A stretch of DNA of 64,000 nt from an uncultured Bacteroides sp. (GCA_964653375.1 CAZZFD010000001.1:60503-124502); one strand, 5' to 3'; positions 20,143 to 31,212 are shown, numbered from the stretch's first letter. Notes: generated by a model not told the origin, from the letters alone. Numbers and translations: made by a program.

Positions 20143-20853
20143 TTATTGTGCGCTGATTTTTTGCAAAAATGATTTATATGGAGTGAGGCAATTGGCAAGC
20201 ATATCGCTCACACCCTTGCTTGTGATTGTACCGCCTGAGATGCCGTCAACGTAATCTTCTTTGTCGTCGTTATTAGGTTTCATGCCTTTTTTTACAACGG
20301 CTATAGGAAAATATTCGCCATTTTTCCAAAGACTGAGATTGTTATTGAATTGGTCACAGAAAGCAGGCTTTTCTATTTCGGCACCCAGACCGGGTGTTTC
20401 GCTCTGATGGGCGAAATAGGCACCATAGATGTGAGAGCCGTCGGAGTCAATGGCAATATATCCCCAAATAGGTCCCCACAAACCTGCTCCGTATAGCGGT
20501 ATAATATATTTTGTGGTGTCATCTACCTTGCATATGTAGAGAGGAAGTTGGCGTTGGTCATCGGGAAGTTTTACTTGGGTAGCCATGTCGATACCGAAAG
20601 CATCGTTACCAATCGAGTCGCCGTTCTGGTTTAATACGAGTTGCCGTGTGATATGGGTGTCAAATGTCTTAATAATATTGCCATCGGTTGCACTAATGTG
20701 TGCTGCCGCAAGTATCTGACGCATTTTGTCGGCATCGGCGTTTTGCTGCTGGCGTGGTTGTAATACCAAAGCTGTGCCTGCCAGAGCAGTGCCTACTATG
20801 AGAATGAGGCAGATTATGTAGATTACCGTGTAGGTATTACTTTGCTTGTTCAT
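20143..20853 (-). CDS. nqrC: Na+-NQR subunit C
   Basis: GLWGPIWG, ETPGLG and VDGISGGTITSKGV (FMN attachment site). Confidence 0.95.
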   Translation of the reverse strand: MNKQSNTYTVIYIICLILIVGTALAGTALVLQPRQQQNADADKMRQILAAAHISATDGNIIKTFDTHITRQLVLNQNGDSIGNDAFGIDMATQVKLPDDQRQLPLYICKVDDTTKYIIPLYGAGLWGPIWGYIAIDSDGSHIYGAYFAHQSETPGLGAEIEKPAFCDQFNNNLSLWKNGEYFPIAVVKKGMKPNNDDKEDYVDGISGGTITSKGVSDMLANCLTPYKSFLQKISAQ

Positions 20854-20882
20854 AACTGATAGACTTGGTAATTCATTTGTTG

Positions 20883-22079
20883 TTATTTAGCATCTGTGTG
20901 GCTGCGACGCAGGCGTCGATTGATATTCAGTTGTACCACACAATAGTCAATTAACGGAGCCAGGGCGTTCATTAGCAGTACGGCCAGCATGGCACCTTCA
21001 GGGTATCCGGTGTTGTATACTCGAATCAGAATAGCAATCACGCCTACTAAAAATCCGTAAATATATTTACCTATCCCTGTACGTGCGGCTGTTACAGGAT
21101 CTGTGGCCATGAACACTGCTGCAAAAGCAAAGCCGCCATAGAGTAATTGGTCCCACGGCGAGAGCGAAGAGCCGGGATACGTCATCGAGGGGAACGCATG
21201 TGCTATGTAGCCCATAAATAGTCCGCCTGCAAATACTGATACCATGATTTTCCAGCTTGCTATGCCTGTGAAGAGCAGTAATGCCGCACCGATTAATATA
21301 CACAGAGTGGACGTTTCACCTACGGACCCCGGTATCAGTCCAAGGAAAGCATCGAAAGTGGAGATTGGCTCCCCTATGGCATTAGTCAGTTCGGTTGTGC
21401 CGGTAGCGAGCTGTCCGAGAGGTGTCGCCCCTGAAACTCCGTCAGTATAAGTAACAGTGCCTCCAAGCCCGCATATCGGCTCCATGGCGATAAACGCTTT
21501 GTCGCCACTCATCTGTGCGGGATAGGAAAAGAACAGAAATGCACGGGCGGTTAATGCTACATTGAATATGTTGAATCCCGTACCTCCAAATACTTCTTTT
21601 ACGAAAATCACGGCAAATGCGGTGGCTACTGCCAGCATCCATACCGGAGTTTCGATAGGACAAATCATGGGAATCAGGATGCCGGTCACTAAGAAACCTT
21701 CTTGGATTTCTTCTTTACGCCACTGTGCTACAATGAATTCAATCCCTAAGCCTACTACATAGGTGACTATTATGCGTGGGAGTATGGCGAGAAATCCGTA
21801 GGCTAATTTTGCCCAAAACGTACCTTCGATGTTTGCGCAAAGATAATTTTGATAGCCTGTGTTATACATGCCGAATATCAGGCATGGCATTAATGCGGCT
21901 ACAACGATTATCATTATGCGCTTTGAGTCGAGACTGTCGTGAACATGTACGCCCGATTGCGAAGTGGAGTTGGGGGTGTAAAGAAACGATTCAAAGCCCT
22001 CAAACACCGATTGGAAGGCATGTAGTTTTCCACCGGGTTCGAAATTGGGTTTAATCTTGTTGAGATATTTTCGAAGCAT
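20883..22079 (-). CDS. nqrB: Na+-NQR subunit B
   Basis: KEVFGGTG, DGVSGATPL, GSVGETS and FMATDPV. Confidence 0.95.
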   Translation of the reverse strand: MLRKYLNKIKPNFEPGGKLHAFQSVFEGFESFLYTPNSTSQSGVHVHDSLDSKRIMIIVVAALMPCLIFGMYNTGYQNYLCANIEGTFWAKLAYGFLAILPRIIVTYVVGLGIEFIVAQWRKEEIQEGFLVTGILIPMICPIETPVWMLAVATAFAVIFVKEVFGGTGFNIFNVALTARAFLFFSYPAQMSGDKAFIAMEPICGLGGTVTYTDGVSGATPLGQLATGTTELTNAIGEPISTFDAFLGLIPGSVGETSTLCILIGAALLLFTGIASWKIMVSVFAGGLFMGYIAHAFPSMTYPGSSLSPWDQLLYGGFAFAAVFMATDPVTAARTGIGKYIYGFLVGVIAILIRVYNTGYPEGAMLAVLLMNALAPLIDYCVVQLNINRRLRRSHTDAK

Positions 22080-22125
22080 AATTTTATATGTGATATGCAG
22101 TGGTTTATTTCACTTGATTAATAAG

Positions 22126-23466
22126 TTAGGCTAATTCTTTGCGCAGATTGTCAAGCCCTTGACGCACGATTTTTTGTAATTCGAGTTTCGACGGGTCGAT
22201 GTATTCGCATAGTGCGAAATCTTCAGGGGCCACTTCGTAGATGCCGAGAGCTTCCATGCGGTCTATGTCGCCCGAAAGAATAGCTTTGATTAGATATTCA
22301 GGTATAATATCCATCGGCAATACTTTGTCATACAGGCCGGACATGATCATCGACCGTCGGCCACCAAGCAAACGGGCGTCGGGGGAGTACGATTTTTTAG
22401 GCATGAGCCAAGATAGGAATGAACGGTTAGTACTCATTTTTTTAGCGCTCAGCGAAGCCCAGCCCATAAATTCATCTGTATCGTCCCCTTCATTCATAAC
22501 GGTAATTTGGCGGTAGGGGAAACGCAGATATCCCGAGTCGTTCACTTTTTGTCCCGTAAGAATATTTCCTGAGATGATGCGTTTATGCTTGTTGTCAGCT
22601 TTGATGTTGTTTTCGGTAAGTTGTTTGATATCGGCACCAATCACGGTATCTATGAGTTGAGGTGTCACTACCTCCGGACCGGTAACGGCTACTGTGGTAG
22701 TCCAGAAAGCCACCCCGCCAAGCATCAGTGCTCCTATGCGGGCAGCTGTCACGATGTCAAGAGTCCATATGCTTTCACCTTTGTTTACAGGGGCAATGGC
22801 TGCTGCCTGTACACCAGCATTGCCTGCCGGGTGAGGTCCGCTGACATTGACGCGCTCTATTTCAGCGGGCAGTTCTACAGCTTCATTGTTACGTACACCT
22901 ACATATACCTTTCCTTTGGTGAGCATGGCAAGAGCTTTGAGACCTGCTTGCAGCTCAGTCTGTTTGTCCTTTATTTCCTCCATAAGATTCGGAGCTAATG
23001 GAGCGGAGTCAAATCCGGTCACGAAAATATTGACCGGTTCGGAATCCGGCAGAGGCACTATGTCGTAGGGTCGCTGACGCATCATGGCCCATAAGCCACC
23101 CTGCATTATGGCTGTTTTAATCGATTGGGCGTCATTGACATTGACAGTCGTTTTCTGCGGGGTGGCAGCAGCTCCGGTTACTTCCACTTCCACACGCAGG
23201 ATTTTGCGGCGCTCACCGCGCACAATATCTTTCACAATGCCACTCACCGGCGACACAATATTAATAGTAGTATTGATTTTGTCGTGCATCAGCGGCTGAC
23301 CTTCAGCCACCATATCACCGGGCTTTACATCGAGCTTTGCAGTAAATCCCGGAAAGTCATCGGGTACAATGGCTATACTCGTCGGAATTACAGAGCTTTT
23401 GATGGTATCAGCCGTTACACCGCCTTTAATATTAAGGTTAAGACCACGTCGGAAAATAATGTCCAT
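22126..23466 (-). CDS. nqrA: Na+-NQR subunit A
   Basis: GLNLNIKG, GPHPAGN and EVAPEDFALCEY; first gene of nqrA-F, with TAACTTTG on the minus strand at 23525-23532. Confidence 0.95.
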   Translation of the reverse strand: MDIIFRRGLNLNIKGGVTADTIKSSVIPTSIAIVPDDFPGFTAKLDVKPGDMVAEGQPLMHDKINTTINIVSPVSGIVKDIVRGERRKILRVEVEVTGAAATPQKTTVNVNDAQSIKTAIMQGGLWAMMRQRPYDIVPLPDSEPVNIFVTGFDSAPLAPNLMEEIKDKQTELQAGLKALAMLTKGKVYVGVRNNEAVELPAEIERVNVSGPHPAGNAGVQAAAIAPVNKGESIWTLDIVTAARIGALMLGGVAFWTTTVAVTGPEVVTPQLIDTVIGADIKQLTENNIKADNKHKRIISGNILTGQKVNDSGYLRFPYRQITVMNEGDDTDEFMGWASLSAKKMSTNRSFLSWLMPKKSYSPDARLLGGRRSMIMSGLYDKVLPMDIIPEYLIKAILSGDIDRMEALGIYEVAPEDFALCEYIDPSKLELQKIVRQGLDNLRKELA

Positions 23467-23648
23467 AATCAAGAGGTGATAATCAGATTTTGGTAATGAG
23501 CTAATGATAAATTAGTATCGCCCACAAAGTTATTTATATTTTTTGAGAAAAAATAGCATATTTTTGATAAAAACGTCGCGCAGCTACAAAATCATCATTA
23601 AAAACTGTGGTATGGCTAAATCGCAAATGTAATTTTGGAGCAAAAAAG

Positions 23649-23679
23649 TTTGGAAGTTGAAAAATTATGAATAATTTTG
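23649..23679 (+). promoter_or_regulatory. Bacteroidetes promoter for exbB-exbD-exbD-tonB
   Basis: TTTG-N19-TAATTTTG. Confidence 0.6.
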
Positions 23680-23811
23680 CCAAAGTGTTTGATTGAAAAA
23701 TCATACCTTTTAGCTAAATAACCTTGAAAATTTGTCGAATTGACAGTCGAATAATAAACTAACTTTATAACTATAACTTAATTAAACCAATTTAATCAGT
23801 AATTATCAATT

Positions 23812-24630
23812 ATGGAAGCTACAAAGCCAGTTCAGCCCGCAGCGGCTAAAAAGGAACAAGCTCACAAAGTATCCGGCATCAAAAATGCATTTTGGGTAAT
23901 TCTTGTTTGTCTTGCAGTTGCAGTATGTTTATTCATCTTCTGGTTCGGTCACGAATCACACTTTGAAGAAGGTCATCCTAGCGATATCTGGGGTACTATC
24001 TACAAAGGCGGTATCATCGTGCCTATTCTTCAGACTTTGTTCCTCACCGTTATCGTTCTTTCTGTAGAGCGTTACATCGCACTTAAGAGCGCTAAAGGTA
24101 AAGGCAATATCACTAAATTCGTTGCCGGTGTAAAGGCTTGCCTCGCTAAAAACGATATCAAAGGTGCCCAGGCTCTTTGCAAAACTCAGCGTGGTTCAGT
24201 AGCTGCTGTTGTTGCTGCTGCTTTAGTTCGCTACGAAGAAATGGATCAGAACACAGTACTCACTAAAGAACAGAAGATTGCTACTCTTCAGAAAGAAGTG
24301 GAAGAAGCTACCGCTCTTGAAATGCCTGCTCTTCAGCAGAACCTCCCCATCGTGGCTACAATGACCACTCTTGGTACTCTCGTCGGTCTTCTCGGTACTG
24401 TAATCGGTATGATCAAATCATTCCAGGCTCTTGCTCAATCAGGTGCTCCTGACTCAACAGAACTTTCAACAGGTATTTCCGAGGCACTTATCAATACCGC
24501 TTTCGGTATCGCAACAGGTGCTTTCGCTGTTATTTCATATAACTATTATACCAACAAAATCGATAACCTTACTTACGCTATCGACGAAATCGGTTTCTCT
24601 ATCGTACAGACTTTCGCCTCTACTCACTAA
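23812..24630 (+). CDS. exbB: MotA/TolQ/ExbB proton channel
   Basis: TLVGLLGTVIGMI.SF and GISEALINTAFGI. Confidence 0.9.
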   Translation: MEATKPVQPAAAKKEQAHKVSGIKNAFWVILVCLAVAVCLFIFWFGHESHFEEGHPSDIWGTIYKGGIIVPILQTLFLTVIVLSVERYIALKSAKGKGNITKFVAGVKACLAKNDIKGAQALCKTQRGSVAAVVAAALVRYEEMDQNTVLTKEQKIATLQKEVEEATALEMPALQQNLPIVATMTTLGTLVGLLGTVIGMIKSFQALAQSGAPDSTELSTGISEALINTAFGIATGAFAVISYNYYTNKIDNLTYAIDEIGFSIVQTFASTH

Positions 24631-24675
24631 TCCCTTGTTACGAAATTATTAATCTGAAAATTTAATTTAAGTAAT

Positions 24676-25395
24676 ATGGGAAAAGTAAAAATTAAAAGAA
24701 AGAGTACACTCATCGACATGACCGCGATGAGCGACGTGACCGTTCTTTTGCTTACTTTCTTCATGTTGACTTCGACTTTCCTTCAGAAAGAACCTGTAAC
24801 GGTGGTTACACCATCGTCAGTTTCTGAGATTAAAGTACCTACAGCCAATGTCGCTCAGGTGCTTGTGTCTCCCGAAGGCAAGGTGTTCCTCTCAATCACA
24901 GGTGAAGCCGACCCCAATGTAGCAGATGGCGAGTGGGGTTCCGAGCCGATTCGTAAAGAGGTGCTCACTAAGGCTGTTGCCCGCTGGAACGAACTTCACC
25001 CCAGCCACAAAGTAACCCTTACAGCCAAGGACCTGGAAGTATTCGCAAAAATGCCCACTTTCGGTGTTCCTTTTCAGAAGCTGGAAGAATTCTTAAGAAT
25101 GTCACAAACCGAGCAAGATAAGTATCTGTCGGATATGTCCAATCCCAATAACGGTATTCGTATCGACGGAAATCAAAATCTTGAAAAGCCCAATGAGTTC
25201 CAGATTTGGATGCAGGCTATCTACCAGTCAGGCAACGAAAATCTTCAGTCTGCCATGAAAAAAGGTGAAGGTATAGCCGTTAAAGCAGGTAAGGATACTC
25301 CTTATGCTATCGTTCACGATGTGCTCGATAACCTCCAGACGTTGAAACTCAACCGCTTTAGCTTAATGACTGCACTTAAAACAGAAGAAGATTAA
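24676..25395 (+). CDS. exbD: ExbD-family biopolymer transport protein
   Basis: IDMTAMSDVTVLLLTFFML. Confidence 0.88.
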   Translation: MGKVKIKRKSTLIDMTAMSDVTVLLLTFFMLTSTFLQKEPVTVVTPSSVSEIKVPTANVAQVLVSPEGKVFLSITGEADPNVADGEWGSEPIRKEVLTKAVARWNELHPSHKVTLTAKDLEVFAKMPTFGVPFQKLEEFLRMSQTEQDKYLSDMSNPNNGIRIDGNQNLEKPNEFQIWMQAIYQSGNENLQSAMKKGEGIAVKAGKDTPYAIVHDVLDNLQTLKLNRFSLMTALKTEED

Positions 25396-25400
25396 TCATT

Positions 25401-26150
25401 ATGGCACAGATAGAACAATCAGATAAGGGTGGCAAAAAGAAAAAAGGCGCCCAGAAAAAGATGCAAATCCACGTCGACTTTACTCCTATGGTCGACATGA
25501 ATATGCTTCTGATTACATTCTTCATGCTTTGTACCACAATGATTAAGTCTCAGACTCTGCAAATCACTCTTCCTACCAATGAAAAAGTGGAGCAGAATGA
25601 GAAAAACAAAGCTAAAGAATCGGAAGCTATAACACTGATCGTGGATACAGAGCGTGATGCAGAAGGTAACGTGAAAAAGTCTGACGATGGTCAAACTAAA
25701 AATTACGTATATTTCTACGCCGGTCAGCCACCTATCGATGAAAATGGTCATATTACCACCAACACTCTCCAGCGCAAGGAATTCCTTGGCGATGTGAAAG
25801 AAGGCGGTAAGACAGTTCAACGTGGTATCCGCGAGATTCTCCACAACCGCAACTCAAAGGTGCTTGAAAAAATTGCTGTGCTCAAAGACCAATGGCGCAA
25901 CAAGGAATTCAGCTCCAACAAGGACATTAACGATTCAATCTATCAGGCTCGTGCCAAGGAGATTCGTAATGATTCCACACTTACTCGTCCGGTTGTGATT
26001 ATCAAAGCTACTCCTCAGGCATCGTGGGAAAGCCTTATCGGCGCACTCGATGAGATGCAGATCAACCAGATTTCGCGTTATCAGATTGATAACATCAATT
26101 CTGTTGACTCGCTCCTGATGCTTGACTATATAGCTACTCATGGTAAATAA
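25401..26150 (+). CDS. exbD: ExbD-family biopolymer transport protein (second copy)
   Basis: VDFTPMVDMNMLLITFFML and ALDEM. Confidence 0.88.
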   Translation: MAQIEQSDKGGKKKKGAQKKMQIHVDFTPMVDMNMLLITFFMLCTTMIKSQTLQITLPTNEKVEQNEKNKAKESEAITLIVDTERDAEGNVKKSDDGQTKNYVYFYAGQPPIDENGHITTNTLQRKEFLGDVKEGGKTVQRGIREILHNRNSKVLEKIAVLKDQWRNKEFSSNKDINDSIYQARAKEIRNDSTLTRPVVIIKATPQASWESLIGALDEMQINQISRYQIDNINSVDSLLMLDYIATHGK

Positions 26151-26194
26151 TTGATGAATGATATATATTGTAGAACCGTAAAATTGTAAATGAC

Positions 26195-27043
26195 ATGGCA
26201 AAAGATGTAGATCTTTCATCAAAAGAATGGATTGACGTAGTCTTTGAAGGTAAAAATCAAGACTTCGGCGCATACGAAATGCGTAATAATTCCACAAAGC
26301 GTCACAACAAAGCTGTGTTGGTACTCATCATAGTCCTCGTGATTGTTGCTTTGCTCGCTTTCTTCGTCAACACGGTGATGGAAAAAGCTGCTCAACGTCC
26401 TGAAGACATTACCGAACAAGCTCTCGTAGAAATGCCTGTGGAAGAAACTGAAGAAGAGCAACCTGAAGAAGAAAATCAGCGTGTTGAGCAACCTCTTCCC
26501 GAAATTAATAAGGAAGACCTTCTCAATACTGTGAAGATGGCTGAAATCGCTATCGTCAAAGACGAAGAAGTGGTGGAGGAAATCAAATCTCAGGATGAAC
26601 TTAAGGAGACTGATACAGCTGTAGGTAAAGTCGATGAAGACCGTGGTGTCGATGACATTATCAACGCGCAGACCCATACCGAAGTGGTGGTTGTGGAAGA
26701 AGTTAAGCCTGTAGAGGATAACTATGTGTTTGAAGCTGTTGAACAGGATCCTCAGTTCCCCGGTGGTCAAACTGCTCTTCTGAAATATATCGGCGACCAT
26801 CTTCGTTATCCGAGCACAGCTCAGGAAAATGGTATTCAAGGTAAGGTTATTGTACAGTTTGTCGTAACCAAGACCGGTAGTATCGGTGAAGTGAAGGTGG
26901 TCCGCTCAAAGGATCCCGACCTTGATAAGGAGGCAATCCGAGTGGTTAAATCTCTTCCCAAATTTACACCGGGTAAGATGAACGGTAATGCAGTGAACGT
27001 ATGGTATACTCTGCCTATTACCTTCCGTCTCCAAGGCGTGTAA
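26195..27043 (+). CDS. tonB: energy transducer TonB
   Basis: Transmembrane anchor, acidic linker and TonB_C motif (FPGG, YP..A...GIQGKV.VQFVV). Confidence 0.92.
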   Translation: MAKDVDLSSKEWIDVVFEGKNQDFGAYEMRNNSTKRHNKAVLVLIIVLVIVALLAFFVNTVMEKAAQRPEDITEQALVEMPVEETEEEQPEEENQRVEQPLPEINKEDLLNTVKMAEIAIVKDEEVVEEIKSQDELKETDTAVGKVDEDRGVDDIINAQTHTEVVVVEEVKPVEDNYVFEAVEQDPQFPGGQTALLKYIGDHLRYPSTAQENGIQGKVIVQFVVTKTGSIGEVKVVRSKDPDLDKEAIRVVKSLPKFTPGKMNGNAVNVWYTLPITFRLQGV

Positions 27044-27069
27044 TTTAACTCTTAATTTCGATTATCCTT

Positions 27070-27100
27070 TTGGGGTGTGGCTTCAGCTACACCCCAATTT
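27070..27100 (+). terminator. intrinsic terminator after tonB
   Basis: TTGGGGTGTGGC-TTCA-GCTACACCCCAA followed by T-rich sequence. Confidence 0.7.
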
Positions 27101-27201
27101 GTTATTGTGCAGAGAATCTTATGCTATCGACTGAGGCATTTTGACCTGTCAATTGCGGAGTATCAAGTTTTTTTGTAAATTTGTGGGGTAAATTACTATA
27201 A

Positions 27202-28248
27202 ATGTTGACAGATATAATTGCTCTGGAGAAGATAGATGCGGTAAAGCGTCTGATTGATGAGGCACATTCGATAGCTATAGTGTGTCACATGACTCCCGAT
27301 GGTGATGCTATGGGGTCGAGCTTGTGTCTGTGGCATACTCTTAGATCCGTCGGAAAGTCGGTAAAAGTGGTGACGCCGGATCTTTATCCATTGCAATTGG
27401 CATTTTTACCCGGAGCTGAAAAGATTATTGTCGCATCCAATCAACCGGATGTTGCTGCATCGGTTATGGCAAACGCGGACTTAATATTTTGTCTGGATTT
27501 CAATGACATGAAGCGTATTGACCGATTGGCAACATATGTAGAGTCTTCCGGAGCGCAAAGAGTGGTGGTTGATCATCATCTTAATCCGTCGATTGAAGCA
27601 GCTGTAATAATATCTCACCCTGAGAAATCTTCTACAAGTGCGCTTGTGTTTATATTACTACAGGCATTGGGATATGATGCTAATATAGGGCTTGATGCCG
27701 CTATATGCTGTTGCGCGGGAATGATGACGGATACAGGTAATTTTTCGTATAATTCCAATGATGCTGACCTATATGAGATATTAGCCCGTCTTATAGAGAA
27801 AGGTGTGGATAAGGATAATCTCTACGTGCGGCTTTTCAATACTTCATCTTTACGCAGATTGCGATTGATGGCTTATTGTCAGTTGAATAAAATGTATATT
27901 TTGCCGGAGCATCATTGTGCGGTCATCACCCTGTCACGTCAGGAACTTGAGGAGTTTCAGTATCAGAAGGGCGATACTGAATCACTTGTCAATATCCCGC
28001 TTAGTCTACCGGAAATAGTCTATTCGATATATTTGCGTGAAGATGCTCCTGATTATGTAAAGGTGTCGATGCGCAGCAAGGGCGATTTTTCGGTGAAGAA
28101 TCTATGTGAGGCATATTTTGATGGCGGTGGTCACAGAAATGCGGCGGGAGGCGAAGTGCGGGGCTCGCTTGATGATGCTTTGCAAAAAGTGATTGCTTTA
28201 TTTCCGGAATGTGACGGAGTCATCGCTTCCCAAAATCAATTGAAATAA
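27202..28248 (+). CDS. nrnA: DHH-family phosphoesterase (NrnA-like)
   Basis: H..PDGDA.GS, VDHH, TDTG and GGGH..AAG. Confidence 0.85.
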   Translation: MLTDIIALEKIDAVKRLIDEAHSIAIVCHMTPDGDAMGSSLCLWHTLRSVGKSVKVVTPDLYPLQLAFLPGAEKIIVASNQPDVAASVMANADLIFCLDFNDMKRIDRLATYVESSGAQRVVVDHHLNPSIEAAVIISHPEKSSTSALVFILLQALGYDANIGLDAAICCCAGMMTDTGNFSYNSNDADLYEILARLIEKGVDKDNLYVRLFNTSSLRRLRLMAYCQLNKMYILPEHHCAVITLSRQELEEFQYQKGDTESLVNIPLSLPEIVYSIYLREDAPDYVKVSMRSKGDFSVKNLCEAYFDGGGHRNAAGGEVRGSLDDALQKVIALFPECDGVIASQNQLK

Positions 28249-28264
28249 TAATTTAATTCAGAAT

Positions 28265-28840
28265 ATGAAGCTAATTAATCAAATATCAGTAGTGTTTGCG
28301 TTTGTGGCGCTTATGATGTCGACGGCAAGTTGCGAAGATGGTAAAAGTTATGCCGAACTTCTTACAGACGAAAATAATGCGGTGAATCGTTTTTTGGTTG
28401 ACCAGCAGGTGTTTATTGAGATTCCGGCCGATAATAACTTTATCGTAGGTACTGATGCTCCTTTTTATCAGCTTGATGAGGAAGGTAATGTGTTTATGAA
28501 AGTGATTGAGAAAGGCGATGGAGAAATGGCTACGGATAATCAATTGGTATATTTTCGGTTTATGCGTTATAATCTTTCAAATTATCATGGCACTCTCGAT
28601 GATATTACACCCGAAGGAAATGCCAATAATATGCTGGATTCGCCAACATCATTTCGCTATGGCAACTATAGTATTCCTTCATCAGCCGAATGGGGCGCGG
28701 GAATTCAGCAACCGCTTCAATATGTGCCTCTCAACTCACGGGTCTATCTTGTGGTGAAATCGCAGTTTGGGTGGTCAAGTGAAATATCTGTGGTGCAGCC
28801 CTATCTTTATGATATACGCTATTCTGCAAGTCAACTCTAA
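28265..28840 (+). CDS. lipoprotein (DUF4827-like)
   Basis: Lipobox TASC followed by EDGKSYAELL; lies between nrnA and glmM. Confidence 0.65.
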   Translation: MKLINQISVVFAFVALMMSTASCEDGKSYAELLTDENNAVNRFLVDQQVFIEIPADNNFIVGTDAPFYQLDEEGNVFMKVIEKGDGEMATDNQLVYFRFMRYNLSNYHGTLDDITPEGNANNMLDSPTSFRYGNYSIPSSAEWGAGIQQPLQYVPLNSRVYLVVKSQFGWSSEISVVQPYLYDIRYSASQL

Positions 28841-28852
28841 AAATTATAAATC

Positions 28853-30238
28853 ATGTCATTGATAAAATCAATTTCAGGTATTCGCGGCACAATCGGTGGT
28901 AAGCCCGGCGATGGTCTTTCGCCTGAAGATATAGTGAAATTTACGGCTGCTTATGCATCGTTTATTCGTGATAATTCTATTGATTCCAATGTTATAGTGG
29001 TTGGGCGGGATGCACGACTTTCCGGTCCGATAGTGAGTGCCATAGTGGTATCTACGCTCTGTTCTATGGGCTTCGATGTAGTTAATATAGGACTTGCATC
29101 TACTCCTACCACCGAGATTGCCGTTACATCTGAGAAAGCTGCTGGAGGCATTATAATAACTGCAAGCCACAATCCGCGTCAATGGAATGCATTGAAGTTG
29201 CTTAATGCCCGTGGAGAGTTTCTTAATGACGCAGAAGGGCGTGAGGTGCTTCGTCGCGCAGCCGAGTGTGACTATTCTTTTGTCGATATAGACAAAATAG
29301 GCCATGAGTACACCAATACCACATATAATCGCCGTCATATTGAAAGTGTTCTAGCTCTTGATTTGGTTGATACTGAAGCAATAGCAAATGCTAATTTTAC
29401 CGTGGCATTAGATGCTGTAAATTCTGTAGGCGGAGTGGTGGTGCCACAGCTTCTTAAAGCGTTGGGTGTAAAAAATATAGTTGAACTCAATTGCGATGCC
29501 TCCGGTAAATTTGCCCACAATCCTGAACCGATACCGGAAAATCTCACACAAATTTCAGCTTTAATGAAAGATGGCTGTGCTGATGTCGGTTTTGTCGTAG
29601 ACCCGGATGTCGACCGTCTGGCTATAGTGATGGAAAATGGTGAGATGTTTGTAGAAGAATATACTTTAGTGGCAGTCGCTGATTATGTGTTGTCACATAC
29701 CCCCGGGGCCACGGTGTCTAATTTAAGTTCATCGCGTGCTTTGCGTGATGTAACTGAACGACATGGGTGTAGTTATTCGGCATCGGCTGTAGGTGAGGTT
29801 AATGTGACCACAGAGATGAAACGTACCGGAGCCGTAATAGGAGGTGAGGGTAACGGAGGGGTCATCTATCCCGCATCGCACTATGGACGTGATGCTTTGG
29901 TGGGAATAGCTCTGTTTCTGACACTTCTTGCTAAAAGTGGGAAAAAGGTATCGGAACTTAAAGCTACATATCCGGCCTATGCTATAGCCAAACATAAGAT
30001 TGAGCTGACTCCCGATATAGATGTTGACGGCATCCTGCGGGAAGTAAAAGCTAAATACGCCGGTGAACAGATTACCGATATCGATGGTGTGAAGATTGAT
30101 TTTGCCGATAGTTGGGTGCATCTGCGTAAATCTAATACAGAGCCGATTATCCGTATCTATTCCGAGGCATCTACCATGGAAGCCGCTGATGCGCTTGCCG
30201 AATCTATAAAGTATGTTATAGAGTCGATAGCCAAATGA
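28853..30238 (+). CDS. glmM: phosphoglucosamine mutase
   Basis: SISGIRG, TASHNP, DPDVDR and GGEGNGG. Confidence 0.88.
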   Translation: MSLIKSISGIRGTIGGKPGDGLSPEDIVKFTAAYASFIRDNSIDSNVIVVGRDARLSGPIVSAIVVSTLCSMGFDVVNIGLASTPTTEIAVTSEKAAGGIIITASHNPRQWNALKLLNARGEFLNDAEGREVLRRAAECDYSFVDIDKIGHEYTNTTYNRRHIESVLALDLVDTEAIANANFTVALDAVNSVGGVVVPQLLKALGVKNIVELNCDASGKFAHNPEPIPENLTQISALMKDGCADVGFVVDPDVDRLAIVMENGEMFVEEYTLVAVADYVLSHTPGATVSNLSSSRALRDVTERHGCSYSASAVGEVNVTTEMKRTGAVIGGEGNGGVIYPASHYGRDALVGIALFLTLLAKSGKKVSELKATYPAYAIAKHKIELTPDIDVDGILREVKAKYAGEQITDIDGVKIDFADSWVHLRKSNTEPIIRIYSEASTMEAADALAESIKYVIESIAK

Positions 30239-31212
30239 GGATATTTTATAAAAGCATGAAAGGCGTGCTGCTGGTCTTGTTGTCGACAGCGTTCCTTTCT
30301 GTTTCAGCCACTGCCGCCATTGATTCGCTGGCAGTGGCTGATGCTCCTTATGCTTTGGTGCATCTGGCAGCGGCGTGCCTTAGAGCGCAGCCGTCCAACG
30401 CGTCTGAGCTTGAGACTCAGGCATCATACGGGACTCCATTAAGATTGAGCGGGCAGATTGGCGAATGGTATAAGGTCATTATGCCTGACGGTTATGAAGC
30501 ATACATCAATTGCAGCGCAGTTACGCCACTTGATTCAGCGCGTATACATCAGTGGCGTAAATCTTCCAGGGTTATAGTCCGCAATCCGTGTCCTCTTAAG
30601 GCTATGGTTGACTCCGTTGGATTTAGTGTGGCTTTTGATGTGGTGCCGGGTTCAATTTTTGAGGGAAAGAAAATTCCCGGAGCACGATTTGTTAAGGTTA
30701 CCGCTCCCGACGGCAGGCATGGTTATTTAGGGGCACATGTGGTCGACGATTTGGATGCTTGGTCTTTGCAGTTCCCGTCGGTTGAGCGTATGCTCGGGTT
30801 TGCCCGGACCATGATGGGGACTACGTATCTTTGGGGTGGAACCACTCCTTATGGTATTGACTGTTCGGGTCTTACACGTCTTTGTTATTTTGATGCCGGT
30901 ATACTGCTTCCGCGCAATGCCTCGGCTCAGGCACGTGTAGGTAAAGAATTGTCATCTGATAATGTACATGAGTGGGTAGCAGGTGATTTGCTTTTTTTCG
31001 GTAACGGGACTGATGACGGACGTATAACCCATGTAGGTATTTATATGGGTTACGGGCGTTTTATACATGCATCGGGTAAGGTGCTTATTTCATCTGTATT
31101 GTCTGATGACCCGCTCTATATTCCACGTAGAGTCGTTAAGGTAATGCGTCCGTTTTTACAGGGTGAAACATTGTTATTGAAGAATAATCCTGCTTATTTT
31201 GACCGAGATTAG
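30235..31212 (+). CDS. NlpC/P60 (C40) peptidase with SH3b domains
   Basis: YLWGG...GIDCSG, GDLLFF, HVGIY and FIHAS; signal peptide. Confidence 0.88.
   Translation: MRIFYKSMKGVLLVLLSTAFLSVSATAAIDSLAVADAPYALVHLAAACLRAQPSNASELETQASYGTPLRLSGQIGEWYKVIMPDGYEAYINCSAVTPLDSARIHQWRKSSRVIVRNPCPLKAMVDSVGFSVAFDVVPGSIFEGKKIPGARFVKVTAPDGRHGYLGAHVVDDLDAWSLQFPSVERMLGFARTMMGTTYLWGGTTPYGIDCSGLTRLCYFDAGILLPRNASAQARVGKELSSDNVHEWVAGDLLFFGNGTDDGRITHVGIYMGYGRFIHASGKVLISSVLSDDPLYIPRRVVKVMRPFLQGETLLLKNNPAYFDRD

Noticed and set aside
23473-23811. Long AT-rich intergenic region as a possible sRNA or oriC
   Set aside because: Explained by the divergent nqr and exbB promoters; I saw no stable structure or DnaA-box cluster.
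24676-26150. Two unusually long ExbD genes
   Set aside because: exbB-exbD-exbD-tonB with long ExbDs is a common Bacteroidales arrangement.
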